A DNA stretch of 64,000 bases from contig OX597822.1 in NCBI GenBank assembly GCA_951406725.2, positions 46,996,001-47,060,000 on the forward strand, read 5' to 3'. This document shows positions 14,330 to 27,030 of the stretch, piece after piece. The DNA comes from Octopus vulgaris (taxonomy: Eukaryota). Both the position numbers and the translations under genes were made by a program. The notes beneath the pieces are model-generated. The model was not told the DNA's origin, searched no databases, and worked only from the letters and a program-made list of their open reading frames with translations. The stretch's first letter is position 1. Every line of letters begins with the position of its first letter.

Positions 14330-15032
14330 TCCATTCTGCGTCTTGCCTCCATGGCATCACATCTTGCTTGCTCCCCTCTTCCGTTGCTTTGGCACAGCTC
14401 CACCATCTCAGCAGATTTCCTTGTCTTGCTCTCATTTGCCTAATCGATGCGCACCATCCCCACCCAGGGACCGTAGAGTTCCAACAGAACCGCCTGTTTG
14501 ACTGCTTCTATAATCAGTACCATATCCAACCTTAGAGACTGAGACGACAATTTCTGGAAACTTCATAATGATTGCCCCGCCGCTTTCCTTTAACAAGGAA
14601 AGACAGGCAATGTTTCTCTGACTAATGGCTATTGCAAAAGAGGTTGTGTGGCTGTTGTGGGTGAAAGGATTGTAAGACGGGTACCTTTCTCTCCGGCAAT
14701 GGTTTGATTAACTATTCTATTCAGCTATCACTTGAAAAGAAAACTGAAACTGGAGAGGAAGGTGCTGCCCTCGCGCAAATTCGAGAAAAATGGTGTAAAA
14801 GTTGCACGAATAGGCTTGACTTGGGCATGAACTTGTAGGCTTTGTCCTAACGATCAACCCAGAATACTCCCTCTTTGGGAACCACGTTTGTTTTTATATT
14901 TACAACTGAAATTTTTAGCCTTTTACCTTTTGTTAAAACCTATGTACGCATTTTTTTTTTTGAAAGACCCCCACCCGTTTGTCCTATATCGTCCCACTAT
15001 CTTGAGCTTTTTAGTGGCTAATAAAGAAAAGA
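14330..15032 (+). mobile_element. L1/Tx1-like LINE 3' remnant
   Basis: Degenerate frame IAPPLSFNKERQAMFL.LMAIAKEVVW..VKGL...YHLKRKLKLERKVL, then a T-rich 3' UTR ending aataaagaaaag. Confidence 0.5.
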
Positions 15033-15598
15033 ATTTCTGGAAACTTCAGTTGCTTCCCCAGGTCGACATTCTGCTCCCAGCGTTTGCTGTTGCATGTAGG
15101 TCTGAGGGGGCGGCCCTAGCAGCTAGCATCTTCTTAATGGCTTAACCCACAATATATAAATGACTTAATTGTTATGTATAATTATAAGATTTAGAGTATT
15201 GATATATAAATATACTTGTTTATTTATTGATATTATGGTTGTTTTATAAATATAATGTTGTTTTCATAGTATTAATGACATTCAACACCTGCTCCTGCAA
15301 GGAAGCAACGCCAGCAATGAATTCGAACCCAACTGATTCAACAGTGTAAACTGCTATTTCACACATCTGGATACAAATGTAAAGAGATGCATTGCATGAT
15401 ATTAAGCCATTTAGCTTGGTATTTGTAATAGCTGTGTGTTGGGGGAAAGGCTGCGACGATTGAAAGAAGGGGAACAAAGAAATCCATTTAGCTTGGCACC
15501 TTCGGTAAGTGTCCTCTACTATAGCTTCGGGCCGACCAAAGCTTTGTGAGTGGATTTGGTTAACGGAAACTGAAAGAAGCCCGTCGTATGTATGTATG

Positions 15599-15660
<62 letters not shown>

Positions 15661-16168
15661 TGTGTTCGTTTCCACACGCGCGTACACATACACACACACA
15701 CACCATGGCTGCAGTCTAATTACTGAAACGTAAGAAAGAAAGAAAAGAGATGTATAAATATATTCGATCGCTTTTTCCCAGTAGCTTAATAACAGCACTG
15801 GCGCCTCCAAGATTGAGTGGTCTCAGTGATAATGGTACGAAACCACTATGATATTTTGACTCATTGTCTGACGATATACTCCGTGTATCGTGTCTTTGTC
15901 TGTATTTCCCGTCCGTTAATCCTTCGTCTAGTTTCCTCTTTGCTCTGCTTTCGTCTAATTTTTTTTTTCTCCTTGTGTTCTGTCTGTTCAACTCTTGATA
16001 CATCTTTGTAGAGCAACGCACACCCTGTTTGTTTACTTTATTGTAAAAAATATTCCTTGAATATTATTTGTGCGATTCTTGACTCTCTTACTCTGTCTCT
16101 TTCCACCTGTACACTATTTCTTTCTCCACTCTTACTCTCTCTTTCCGCCCTTGTTTGTCTCCCTTGTA

Positions 16169-16217
<49 letters not shown>

Positions 16218-18714
16218 TTCTTTCTATTCTCTCTCCTTCTGTCCCCCTCTCTCTTTTTACTCTATCTCTTTCCACCTCTACTCTTACTCTATCTTTTTCT
16301 CCAATCTTACCCTCTCTTTCCACCCTCGCCTGCCTCCCTTATACTTTTCTCTTTCTCTCTATTTCTCCTTTCCCTCTGCCCCTTCGTTCTCTCTCTCTCA
16401 CTGTATCCCATTCTTTCCCTCTCTCTATACTGCCTCTTCCCTACGACGTGACCAGTGAAGGCAGTGTTCTTTTTCGCCCTGCTTTTGACCATACTGGTCA
16501 TGATGATCTGGGCTCCTGCCTCGTCCATTAGGACTTCCATTTCACCTTGCGCAATCCCACTAAGTTCGTTCGATAGCTCCAAAGCTCTTTCTGTTGTATT
16601 TGTGGTATTTGTATTCTTTTATTTGTTTCAGTCATTTGACTGCGGCTGTGCTGGAGCACCGCCTTTGGTCAAATAAATCGACCTCAAGACTTATTCTTTG
16701 TAAGCCCAGTGTTTATTCTACCGTTCTTTTGCCGAACCGCTAAGTTACATTAGTTGCCAAGCGATGGTGGGGGACAAACACAGACGCGCGCGCACACACA
16801 CACACACATATGCGACAGGCCTCTTTCAGTTTCCGTCTACCAACTCCACTCACAAGGCTTTGGTCGGTCCGAGGCTATAGTAGAAGACACTTGCCCAAGG
16901 TGCCACGCAGTGGGACTGAACCCGGAACCTTCTGGTTGGTAAGCAAGCTACCTACCACACAGCACTCCTGTGCCTTATAATTATTATTTCTTTCCTCTGT
17001 TGTATATAGCCGTAGGGCTTCGTGCTGTTCTATATGCATAATTCTTCGTCTGTTGTATTTATATGTCTTGTTTGCTTCTGTCTCAGTGTACATTCGCTAG
17101 CTTTTTCTTAGAGGCTTAATAACAACACTGGTGCTTCCAAGATTGAGTGGTTTCAATGATAATGGCGCGAAGCCACTATGATATTTTGGATCATTGACCG
17201 ACGAGGTAAACTTAGAGGCGAATATTCCGTGTATCGTATGTTTGTCTAATTTCCCGTCCGTTAAGTTTTCGTCTAGTTTTTTTTTTTTTTTTTCTTTTCC
17301 ACAACAAATTCTGATAAAATTGTAATTTACACCATGTGAGATATATTTGTAGAAAATTTTATTTTAAAATATCCACTTTTCGGAAAGTTACGAGAAAACA
17401 AAAGTCGGACGGTGACCATCCATCTGTAATTATACCGAGGGTTGGCTGCTATTTCTAGCAGGTCAGGCGCCAACATAGAGGCTCGTTAATGTGAAATTGA
17501 TCCTGATCAGAAATTAGAATGGAAGCAGAGCGGAATAACGAAGAAATTAGTGTTTAATAGACTATAAAATATTGTATTTCTATGGTAATGATCTTCTGAT
17601 TACCTACCAATGTAACCAATAGCAACCATTTTAATATTGATGAGATGATGTTAATCGATAATCGTTCTATTTTTTTTTTCTTTGGTATTATCTGTGTGTG
17701 TTGAAATATATTTAATCGCGAAATTCTGGTTGGTAGAAAATTACTCCCTCGATGGTGGAGAAAAACTGGTGATATTTGTCTGAAAGAAATACTGTTTATA
17801 ACATTAACTGTGGTTATAATGAAATACGAGCCCTTCTGTGACGTTGTATGTGTACGCGCGCCTGTGTGCGTGCGTGCTAGTTCTTGGTTTTTGACCGTTT
17901 TTCTACAACGACCTGTGATCTTTAATAAACGTTTGCGAAAGTTACAAAAGTCAAACAGTACTCAGGTTGCCTCCCTACTATTCTCTTTCTCTCTCACTTG
18001 CTCTTGCCCCCTCTCTCTCTCTCTCTTTCCTTCCTTCCTCCCACATACATTTTGCTTATAAATCTGAGGCATTTAGAATCAGGCTACTTGTAACTCAATA
18101 ATTTTTTTATATTCACTGAAATCCTGTCTTAACGGAGTTTTTTGATGCTTTAACAAGATTTGTTTCTGTTGGAACGAATTTGAAATCGTCGAGATTGTGT
18201 AACTTAAAGAAGCGTTCCGTGTTTTCTGAGACCGTTTCATCCACCAAATTGAAACGTTGAGGTTTCTCTTACTCGTTTCCGCTCATATCATCACACTAAG
18301 ATAGATTTTGTCTTTTACTGGGGCACCGATTTGAAAAACTTTTAGTCGAACAAATCGACTCCAGTGCCTATTTTTTTAAAAGTCTGGTACTTATACTTTT
18401 GGTCCGTTTTGATGAAAACGCTAAGTTACAGGGATGTACACAAACCAACACCAGTTGTCAAGCGGTGGGACGGACACACACACACACACAGGACTCTCCT
18501 GTCGTAAACGACAGATAAGGGACTCCGCAATTCCTTACTGAACAACCTGCACAGAGGATTTGTTTATAGTGATTGAAGTCAGATGTCTAAGTGATCGCAG
18601 AGCAGCGCGAAATAAAGTGTTTTGCTCAAGAACAACGCACTGCCCAGGCTGAGAATCGAAACCAACGCCATAATCGCTTGGCCACACGCCATCATATATA
18701 CATATATATATGTA

Positions 18715-19048
18715 CTAGTACTATGACCCGGCGTTGCCGGGTCATAGTGCTAGTGCATGCATATACAGCTGCGTGCGTGCGCACATACAGCTAGCTGGCA
18801 TTCAATTGGCGTATCAAGTTTCGGGCATTTTGATTGGGTTTTGGATAGAAAATTCACAAAAAAAGTCACTTCTATTGATTTTTTAATGGCTTTGCGGGGT
18901 GACTGGGGAAATGTAAAGATGTGCATGACCACCCTTGGACGGTTTTGAATGACCATAGAAAGTGCGAGCCCTCTAACTGAAAAATTGTGGATTTGTATAA
19001 AGGATACACACACACACAGACAGACATTTTGCTGTTTATATATAGAGA
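18715..19048 (-). mobile_element. Non-autonomous Helitron-like element
   Basis: Minus strand starts a|TCTCTATATATAAA and ends in a GC-rich hairpin plus CTAG|t (palindrome 18714-18754 with 19-bp arms); inserted at an AT dinucleotide. Confidence 0.75.
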
Positions 19049-19261
19049 TATTCGGAATATGCAAAAAAAACAGTGACAGGTGAATGAATAACTGTGTGTA
19101 TTTAGTCTGCCGCTCGGGAAAAATAAAAGAAGTCTTTGACGTTTCGAGACTAAGCTCTTCAGCAGAAAGGAATGAGGAGAGAAAACAGATGGAGAGAATA
19201 TTGTTGACGTCATTTTCGCTGCTAAGAATAAAATTTCTGAAAGGGATAGAGAAATTTGAAG

Positions 19262-19335
19262 GATTACTTTGGTTCGATGGTAGAACGTCTGTCATGTCTA
19301 CAGGAGATATGGGTTCGAGTCCTACGGACAGCCGT
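19262..19335 (+). pseudogene. tRNA-like sequence (pseudogene or SINE head)
   Basis: A box tggttcgatgg, hairpin ctgt-catgtct-acag, B box ggttcgagtcc. The acceptor stem does not pair. Confidence 0.45.
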
Positions 19336-21524
19336 CGACGTTTTCTATCCAAAAAGGTCTTTCAACCCAAAATTATTTGCACGCTATTTATTTATTTATA
19401 GCATATAAGGCGGCAGAGCAGGCAGAACCGTCAGCTTGCCGGGCACAAGGCGTAACAGTATTTTGTCCGTCTTTAAGTTCTGATTTCAAATTCCGTAGAG
19501 GGTGATTTTGCTTCTCATCCTTTCGGGACCGATAAAATAAGTTCCAGTTGAGGACTGATGGGATCAGTGTAATCCACCTACTTCTTCCTCGAAATTGCTG
19601 GTCCTGTGTCAAAATTTGAAACCATTATTTATAGCATATATGTGTTTCGAGATCCATTTCCAAAAAAAAAAAAAAAAGAATTATTTCAAATATGCTTCCA
19701 CTCAGTTTTCATTTACCAAATTCTCTCACAAGACAGTGGTCGTCCCTGAGGCTATATTAGAAAACACTTGTCCAAGCCTGAAACCACATGGTTGCGAAGC
19801 AAGCTTCTCAACCATGCAGCCATGTCTGAGAGGAATGACAGAAATTATGAAATAGAATGAAGAAAGAACGTCTGAAAAGAAGCCTGTCCACTGCAACGAT
19901 GCCAATAATTGTTGAAACCCTTTAAGAAAGGCATAATGCCTCGTAAATTTTGATTAAATATGAATTTTAATGTGTGCAATGAGTACCAATGTCTAGTTTG
20001 TTTCTTTTTGTACAATTACACAACGATTGTACACGGTTTGTTGATGTATGTATAATTGGATTAATGAAATGTAGGCAGTAATTTGACTGCCGAGTGCTTA
20101 AAAACCAATCTGATTGGTGGTGTTGCATGAGTCTAGAAATCGTCTACAACTGTTGTTACTGGTAAAACAATGTTGTAGTATATCTGTGACAGTGTTGCAC
20201 TTGTTTTATCATTACTGCAACCAGAAAAATTAAAATCTTCTAGAACTGATGTCAAGACCTATTATTAATGGGTAGTTAAAAGCCAAGCTTTGCTCAGTTT
20301 AATTACGAATGCCAATCAAAATATTTGGTGGATCCAACTTCAGTAATGCCAGTGTAACGCTGAATTCTTTATAGCTGTGTTTTTCATTGAAAGATAGGGG
20401 TGGCAGAACTCCCTGGGGGCTTGGCTCTGTGAAGATTGTTAAAAGGAAGCTAACAAATTGCCATGTTTAATAAAATTAGCTATTTAAATTTGTTCAACAC
20501 CATGGTGAAGGAAGAATTATATTGATGTAAACTGTCTTTCTTGATATTTTCTCATTAATAAAGTTGGAGAGTGAAAATTTTCACTATTGTTTTTTTGGCG
20601 AGTGGTTATTTGTCAGTTCGAGAACCACTACGTTTATAAGTATCTTAGCCGGAATTCTACTTCCTACTATTTACTTTTGATCCTTACAAGTTTCATTTCA
20701 CGAAGGGTGGGGGATGAAGGAGAAATATCACAAATGCTATGGCGTTGGCGGAACCATATGCAGCACGGCGTTTGTGAAGTAAAGCAAAGCAGACGATAGC
20801 AGACACAGCGCTGACGATAAATATATTCCCCTCCTGGTTGTCCTGTTTCTATGTACAACAGTGTTATCAAGTTGTTTGCTTATGATTATTTACAAATACA
20901 ATGAAGTAATAAGTATGAACCGGTTTCTCCAGATTCCTCTTTGCCTTAGATGGACTTCGATTGGACGTGTCGTTGGATAAGTTTAATAAGTAAAGGAGTG
21001 GTTTTATCATGTCTGGTGATATCCGTTTGTTTCAACAGTTTGTCTTTGTTTTAGCGACCAACTAGTGAAACCATATCTTAAGTATGTCCTGCAAACAACG
21101 ATCCATTTTTGTTTGTTTTATTTCATCGATAACTTTTTTTGTTTCTTTTCTTTTCTGCAGGCTGAAAAGTAATGTCAACTGACAGATTGTGACGACTGCT
21201 CTAATGTATGTATATGTGTGTGAGAGTGTGTGTTTTTATTCCCGTTAACAGGTTTTTCAGTGGACACTTTTAACCTACTAACTTAGCTGCACACAAGTTG
21301 TAGGTATGAATTTATGTATGAATATATGCGTGTGTATCTTTTATTGTGCATGATAGTAAACATACGTGTGTATCTTCTATTGTGCATGATAGTAAATATG
21401 CTGTGCCACTCTATCTACGAACACAGTGTTTTATTGTCTGCTACGCATATTGTTGGGGTTGGGTTAGGAAGATCATTAATTATACAATTAACAAACAAAA
21501 AGCAGAAAAGAAATAAGACGAAAC

Positions 21525-21670
21525 CACGTGACAACAATAGATTAGGATGTAATGTGTCGTTGGCTTGTTTATCATGCCAATCCAATCACATTGTGACGTC
21601 ACAGCACACAAATTGCGATCTTTTTCGAAGTACCGACTATAAAAGGTGAATCATTCCACAATCGAGTTTT
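21525..21670 (+). promoter_or_regulatory. Candidate Pol II core promoter: E-box, double CCAAT, palindromic CRE, TATA box
   Basis: CACGTGAC 21525-21532; CCAAT-CCAAT 21577-21586; 12-bp palindrome TGTGACGTCACA 21592-21603; TATAAAAG 21638-21645. CpG-rich non-repetitive sequence follows and ends in a strong donor. Confidence 0.65.
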
Positions 21671-21838
21671 TTTCCGAGTCGCGTCGCAAACGAACATTGG
21701 GAGACGTTGAGCTTCGCTTCGCTGAGTGTGTCTGTGTCTTGTGTTCCCGATTTAAATAGAATTGCTAAATACATTAAGTGATATAAGTTAACAAGAAAAA
21801 CAGGAACCAAGTGATAAAAAAAAAATTAATTATGGCAG
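21665..21838 (+). other. Candidate first exon, probably of the CYSTM1-like gene, ending ATGGCAG|GTAAGA
   Basis: Starts about 27-30 nt after the TATA box. Near-consensus donor CAG|GTAAGA at 21839. Its only ATG is at 21832. The link to the exon at 42971 is inferred. Confidence 0.5.
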
Positions 21839-23123
21839 GTAAGACTTTTATTTATTATGTGCCTTTTGTGTATTATGAACGGTGACTGGCAGAAATGGTA
21901 GATCGCTGATTATATTCGACTGTAGTTTAACTCCCTAAACTGTGTATGATGGCCTTGTTGCATATCTATACTAGAAATCAATGTTATATGTGACCAAACG
22001 GCGACGAGCTGGTAGAATATTGCAGCGTCGGAAGAAATGCTTTGCGGTATTTCTTCCGGCTCGTTATGTTCTGAGTTCAAATTCCGCTGAGGCCGACTTT
22101 GCCTTTTCATCTTTCGGGTCGATAAAATAAACTACTAGTCAAGTGCTGGAGTCGGTGTAATCGGTTTGCACCCCCTCTCTTCAAAATTGCTGGCCTTGTG
22201 TTTGAAAGAGTATTATTTGGAATATTTGGAACTTTTTTTAAATTTGTACGTGTACGACAGAAAGTGGAATTGAATTCTTAGCAAACTGAGTCTGCCAGGA
22301 TGCAAATTCGATTCTCCGTTGAGTCACATCTATTTATTTTATTTCACTTCTTTGAGTGCAATTGATTTTCGACCGGAGGTCAATCACTTTCTCAGACATG
22401 TGATGGACCGTATTTCAGAAGGAGGGTTGTACAAAACTTTTCGATATTAAACTCACAGCCCATTTAAGGACGATGAGAATTTTAAGTTTATTTATCAAGA
22501 TATCTCGACATCTTATTTTTCTCTATTTCAGTATTATTTTCTTAGGATTTTAAACTTATATACATACATACATATGCTTACATTAAAATAGCCTAATTAT
22601 TGATGTGTGCCCCGACCCCACCGACTTTGTTTCCTCATAACTTTCCGAAAAATGGATATTTTTTTTTATAGAATTTTTAAAAGGTGTGGTTAATCAGTTC
22701 ACTTTGCAACCAAATATTTTTGGGTTCAATCCTACTGCTCGACACCTTGGGCAAGTGTCTTCTACAAGTGTCTTTCAGTTGTGACCTTCCTGTTTTTAGA
22801 TACAATCTGATGCCTTTCATTTTTTGCTATTTTTAACTTTTCGAGTGACCAAGTTGGCTCTTGATTGTCTATGTATCGGCAAGTATATGCAGAGGTGGTA
22901 GTCACTGCATCGCGGAAAAAAAAAAGTAGAATAAAGAAAAATACTGGATGATGATATGAGAATAGGAAACAGCTGAGGTTTCAATCAGAACTCATCATCA
23001 GACAATGTGAGAAAACAGCAGCAGAATAAATATTGTCAGCTATTGATTTAGATTGGATTCTTCATTGTAGTAGTATGAAACTAAATCCTGCAAGGATAGG
23101 AGCCTTAGTGTGTGTGTGTGTGA

Positions 23124-23420
23124 AGGCGCATGGCTTAGTGGTTAGGGTATTCGGCTTACGATCATAAGGTTGTGAGTTCGATTCCTGGCAGTGCGTTATG
23201 GTATTGAACTAGACACTTTATTTCACGTTGCTCCCACCCACTCAGCTGGTAAAAGTGAATAATGTCTCATTCAAAAGAGACCAGCTTTGTCACATTCTGT
23301 ATCACTTTGCATCTCCCTGAAAACTACATTATGGGTATATGAGTGTCTGGAGTACTCAGCCACTTGCACGTTAATTTCACGAACAGGTTTTTCTGTTGAT
23401 CGGGTCAACTGGAACTCTCG
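23124..23420 (+). mobile_element. tRNA-derived SINE family C
   Basis: ggcgcatggcttagtggttagggtattcggc..gagttcgattcc, then agacactttatttcacgttgctcc. Related copies at approximately 23445-23750+, 51715-52025-, 53295-53600+, 45480-45800-. Confidence 0.75.
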
Positions 23421-23770
23421 TTATTGTTGTAACAGACAATGTGAAGGCGCATAGCTCACATTGGTTAGGGCGTTGAGCTTACAATTGTGAGGTTGTGAGT
23501 TCGATTCCCAGACAGGGCTGTGTATTTTGTTTTTGAGCAAGACACTTGATTTCACGTTGCTCCAGTTCATCCAGCTGAAGAAATGAGTTGCCTTTCCCTT
23601 GTATAACATTGGTAGCATAGAGGAGGGAAACAGGAGACTGGTATGTGTGGGCGACTGATAGTCTTCCATAAACAACCTTGCTCAGGTTTGTGTCTCGAAG
23701 GGGAACTTTCTAGGTGCAATCTCTCGGTCATTTGTTACCAAAGGGGGTCTTTGCCAGACTGCATGTGTAT

Positions 23771-23961
23771 CGTTGGCGATTTATTTTTTTCCTCCATCTT
23801 CCCTTCCTTGGATCTTTCCTTTTCCTATGTTTCTGACGAAGAGCTCCGCTCAAAACGTTAGGTCCTCCTTCTTTCTTTCCTTTCCTGAGCGTCCAATAAC
23901 ACTATACTTGTTCCACGTCCTCGCATTGTTGTGTTTTCTCTTTGTGTTTACATGTTTGGAT

Positions 23962-23966
<5 letters not shown>
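23771..23966 (+). mobile_element. Short HHR-bearing repeat, copy with mutated core (GAAA to AAAA)
   Basis: Same sequence as 31308-31499: ctgacgaagagctccgctcAAAAcgtt; followed by (TA)n at 23967-24000. Confidence 0.65.
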
Positions 23967-24004
<38 letters not shown>

Positions 24005-24064
24005 CAAGAAAATGGAGATGGAAAGTTAATAATTGTTTCTTATTAACAGCAAATTAATCATCAT

Positions 24065-24137
24065 CCCTTACAGCTGTTTCAATGAATACGCACTAAATAT
24101 TAAATTTATATGACCTGAGCATAATATCTTCAAAGGG
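24065..24137 (-). ncRNA. Degenerate type I hammerhead motif
   Basis: Minus strand reads CCCU-UUGAAGA-[long degenerate stem II]-GAAA-CAGCUG-UA-AGGG. Palindromic stem III and stem I CCCU/AGGG are intact. Confidence 0.5.
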
Positions 24138-25610
24138 GGGGAAAATATACCCTTGAATGTTTTATATGTTTATGGATTCATTATAGCAGAGTCTAAGGTG
24201 GCGAGCTGGCAGAATCGTTAGCATGCCAGGCAAAATGCTTAAGCGATATTCGCCTGTCTTTACTTTCTGAGTTCAAATGCTGCCGGAGTCAACTTTGCCT
24301 TTCATCCTTTCAGGGTTGATAAATTAAGTACCAGTGAAACATTGGGGTCGATGTAATCGGCTGTTCCCCTCATCCCAAATTTCAGACCTTGTGCCTATAG
24401 TAGAAAGGATTTTAGCAGTCTGCTGTATTTTTTTTCCCTGGGGTCGATTGCATCGACGATTTTCAGGCCTTGTATCTATTTGTACTTGTTCACACTTACG
24501 TAGAGAAAACCACACGCACATATGTTAACCATGCACACACACAGTCACGCAAACACATATATATTTTATCAAAATATTTTATCAAAAGAGATCAGAGATT
24601 CATATGAGATGAAGTTGATCCTAACATAAAACTTGTTATAACACGCCGAGCTCATTCGTCCTTTCAATATTTATTGTTAAGGCAGCAAGCTGGCAGAATC
24701 GTTAGCACACCGGGCAAAATACTTAACGGTATTTCATCTGTCTTTATGTTCTGAGTTCAAATTCCGCCGAGGTCGACTTTGCCTTTCATCCTTTCGGGAT
24801 CGATAAATTAAAGACCAATTACGTACTGGGGTCGATCTAATCGACTGGGCCCTCCCCAAAATTTCGGGCCTTGTGTCTTGAGTAGAAAAGAATATTTATT
24901 GTTTATCATTGGCGCCGGCATAGTTATGTGGTTAAGCAGCTCGCTTTGCAGTCACTTGGCTTTGGGTTCGATCCCACTCCGTGACATCTTGGGAAAGTTT
25001 GTGTGTGTGTGTGTGTGTTTCCTATTATAGCCCCAAGCCGATCAATTGCTTGTGTGTGAATTTAATAGACGGAAACTATGGAGGCCCATATGTGTCTGTG
25101 TTTGTTCCGCTTCCCGTACACACACTGCTTGATGCTTGACAACTTAGCGATTTCGGGAAGAGAAACCGACTGATTATGTACCAGACTTTAAAAAAAGACA
25201 AATAGTTCAGTAGGAAATACTTACAGAGCAACGTTGTAAATGTCTCATTTGTGTCATCTAATGATCGTACTTTGTCTAAACGGTAATGAGCGCCGACTAC
25301 GAAAAACAAGTGTTCTGATATATTCACGTTAAAATCTGCCATAACATTGAGAATGAATAAATACGTTATTGTTTAGATTCGCGCTGTTTTGTTTTGCACT
25401 CCATGAATTAGTATTTACTTAGTACTTACTTGTAATCCCTCGCCATATCACAGTTCACCTATCGTGGTTTATTATTTAAGCTTACACCGATTCCTCCGTG
25501 ATGTTGTCATGTATTTATAATAAAATAAATATATACAAATTATAAAAATTATTTTTTTTAAATATATACAGTACTTCTACTTTGCGGATTTTCACCTATT
25601 GCAGATGGGT

Positions 25611-25880
25611 CATCATCATTCATCATTGTTCGACCGTGGTCGAGACAATGGAATTTACCATGCTACGCCAGACTTCACGGTCCATCATGGCATTACGGAG
25701 GTCCTGTTGCTGGATGCCTGTATCCCTGGAGATTACATCAGGGTAGGAGAGTGTGCGCCCTCTGGTATTGCGAGTTGATGGCTTCCAGAGGAGAAGAGTA
25801 GAAATTACCTCTTTTTCAGCTCTACAACAATGTCCAGCAAACTGGACTCTCTTACCTTTCACAAGAGATGACACAGGTGG
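25611..25880 (-). mobile_element. RTE-clade LINE 3' fragment with (TGA)n tail
   Basis: RVQFAGHCCRAEKEVISTLLLWKP..RGR..YPDVISRDTG...LRNAMMDREVWR, followed by a tgatga tail. Confidence 0.8.
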
Positions 25881-26036
25881 TGTTGGTGGGTGTAGATTTG
25901 GAACGTTACACCCGCGATAGTCGAGGGATTATTGTAGTTCACTTTATACGTTCAACATTCAAATCCCACCAGGATTTGCATTTAAAGTCGTTCAAAGAAA
26001 ATAGAATCCCCGTCTCTCTTGCTTCCCCACCTCTGT

Positions 26037-26077
<41 letters not shown>

Positions 26078-26571
26078 CCTCTCCCTCTCCCTCTCCCTCT
26101 GTGTGTGTGTGTGTGTACAAGAATTTTCAGTACCTAGAGATTAGGGGAAAGCTGGCTTGCATAGTTTGGCCATGAAAGGAAAGCACTGTCACCCTGTATC
26201 GCATAATTTTGTATCAATTATGAAAATTTTCCGTTTGATAAATACAATAAACAGAACATATCGAAATAAATCAACCGCATTTTAAATTCAGGGCCTTTAA
26301 TATCGTTTGTTGACAGTTGTATTATCATTAATTATTAACGATTATTTCTTTGCCCTTTCACTCTCAGTTGCTTTAACGTTTCCGTTTGGCTACCATAGCA
26401 TCTTTTACTTGTTTCAGTCATTAGACGGCGCCCAGTAATTTTTAAGCCTGTCTCTTTTGCCAAACCACTAAGTTATTGAGACGTAAATAAACCAACACCG
26501 GAAGCCAAACGTTAATGTTGGCTTACACACATGCACATGTGTATGTATATATGTGTGTGTGTGTGTGTTAT

Positions 26572-27030
26572 CTACAAGGTGGTATCAAAAAGTTCCCGAA
26601 CTAGTTCTGTAGTGCACCAACAGATGGCAACACTTGGTTGTGTGCGCAATGAGAGCTAGTAATGAACTTCACGTGGCAGTAGTGTGCAGAGTGACATTGC
26701 TATGTTGTGGAATTTATATTTTTGTGATCACGTGTATGCTGTAGTCTGCGGTTTTGTCATGAACAGGAACAAAGAGCCAACATGAAATTTTGCATTAAAC
26801 TTGGGAAGTCTGCTACAGAGATATTGAGCATGCTTTGGCAAGCTTATGGCAACAAGATGAAGCAATGGGTCGTACACAATATTTCGAGTGGCACAAGCGC
26901 TTCAAAAGTGGAAGAATGTCCCAGGAAGACGATGAGCAATCTGGAAGACTTGCCAAATGTGGTATTGTGTATCAAGAATTCATCTCCCAGGACTAGATCT
27001 TCAATTGCAAGTTCTGCAATGTTATGAAGT
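26572..27030 (+). mobile_element. Mariner-type transposon 5' remnant
   Basis: TIR-like tacaaggtggtatcaaaaagttcccgaac, then EQRANMKFCIKLGKSATEILSMLWQAYG, the mariner N-terminal HTH. Confidence 0.75.

Noticed and set aside
15867-15895. CTGACGA plus hairpin in the direct repeat
   Set aside because: Lacks GAAA, and the motif is not conserved in the second copy.
16455-16676. Signal-peptide-like ORF (KAVFFFALLLTILV)
   Set aside because: GTG start, runs into a SINE tail, and has no donor. The hydrophobicity is explained by T-richness.
19262-19335. Functional tRNA gene
   Set aside because: The acceptor stem is unpaired and the anticodon loop is non-canonical; kept only as tRNA-like.
22965-23005. 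Minus-strand CUGAUGA...GAAA hammerhead-like core
   Set aside because: Neither stem I nor stem II pairs convincingly; at most a very old relic.
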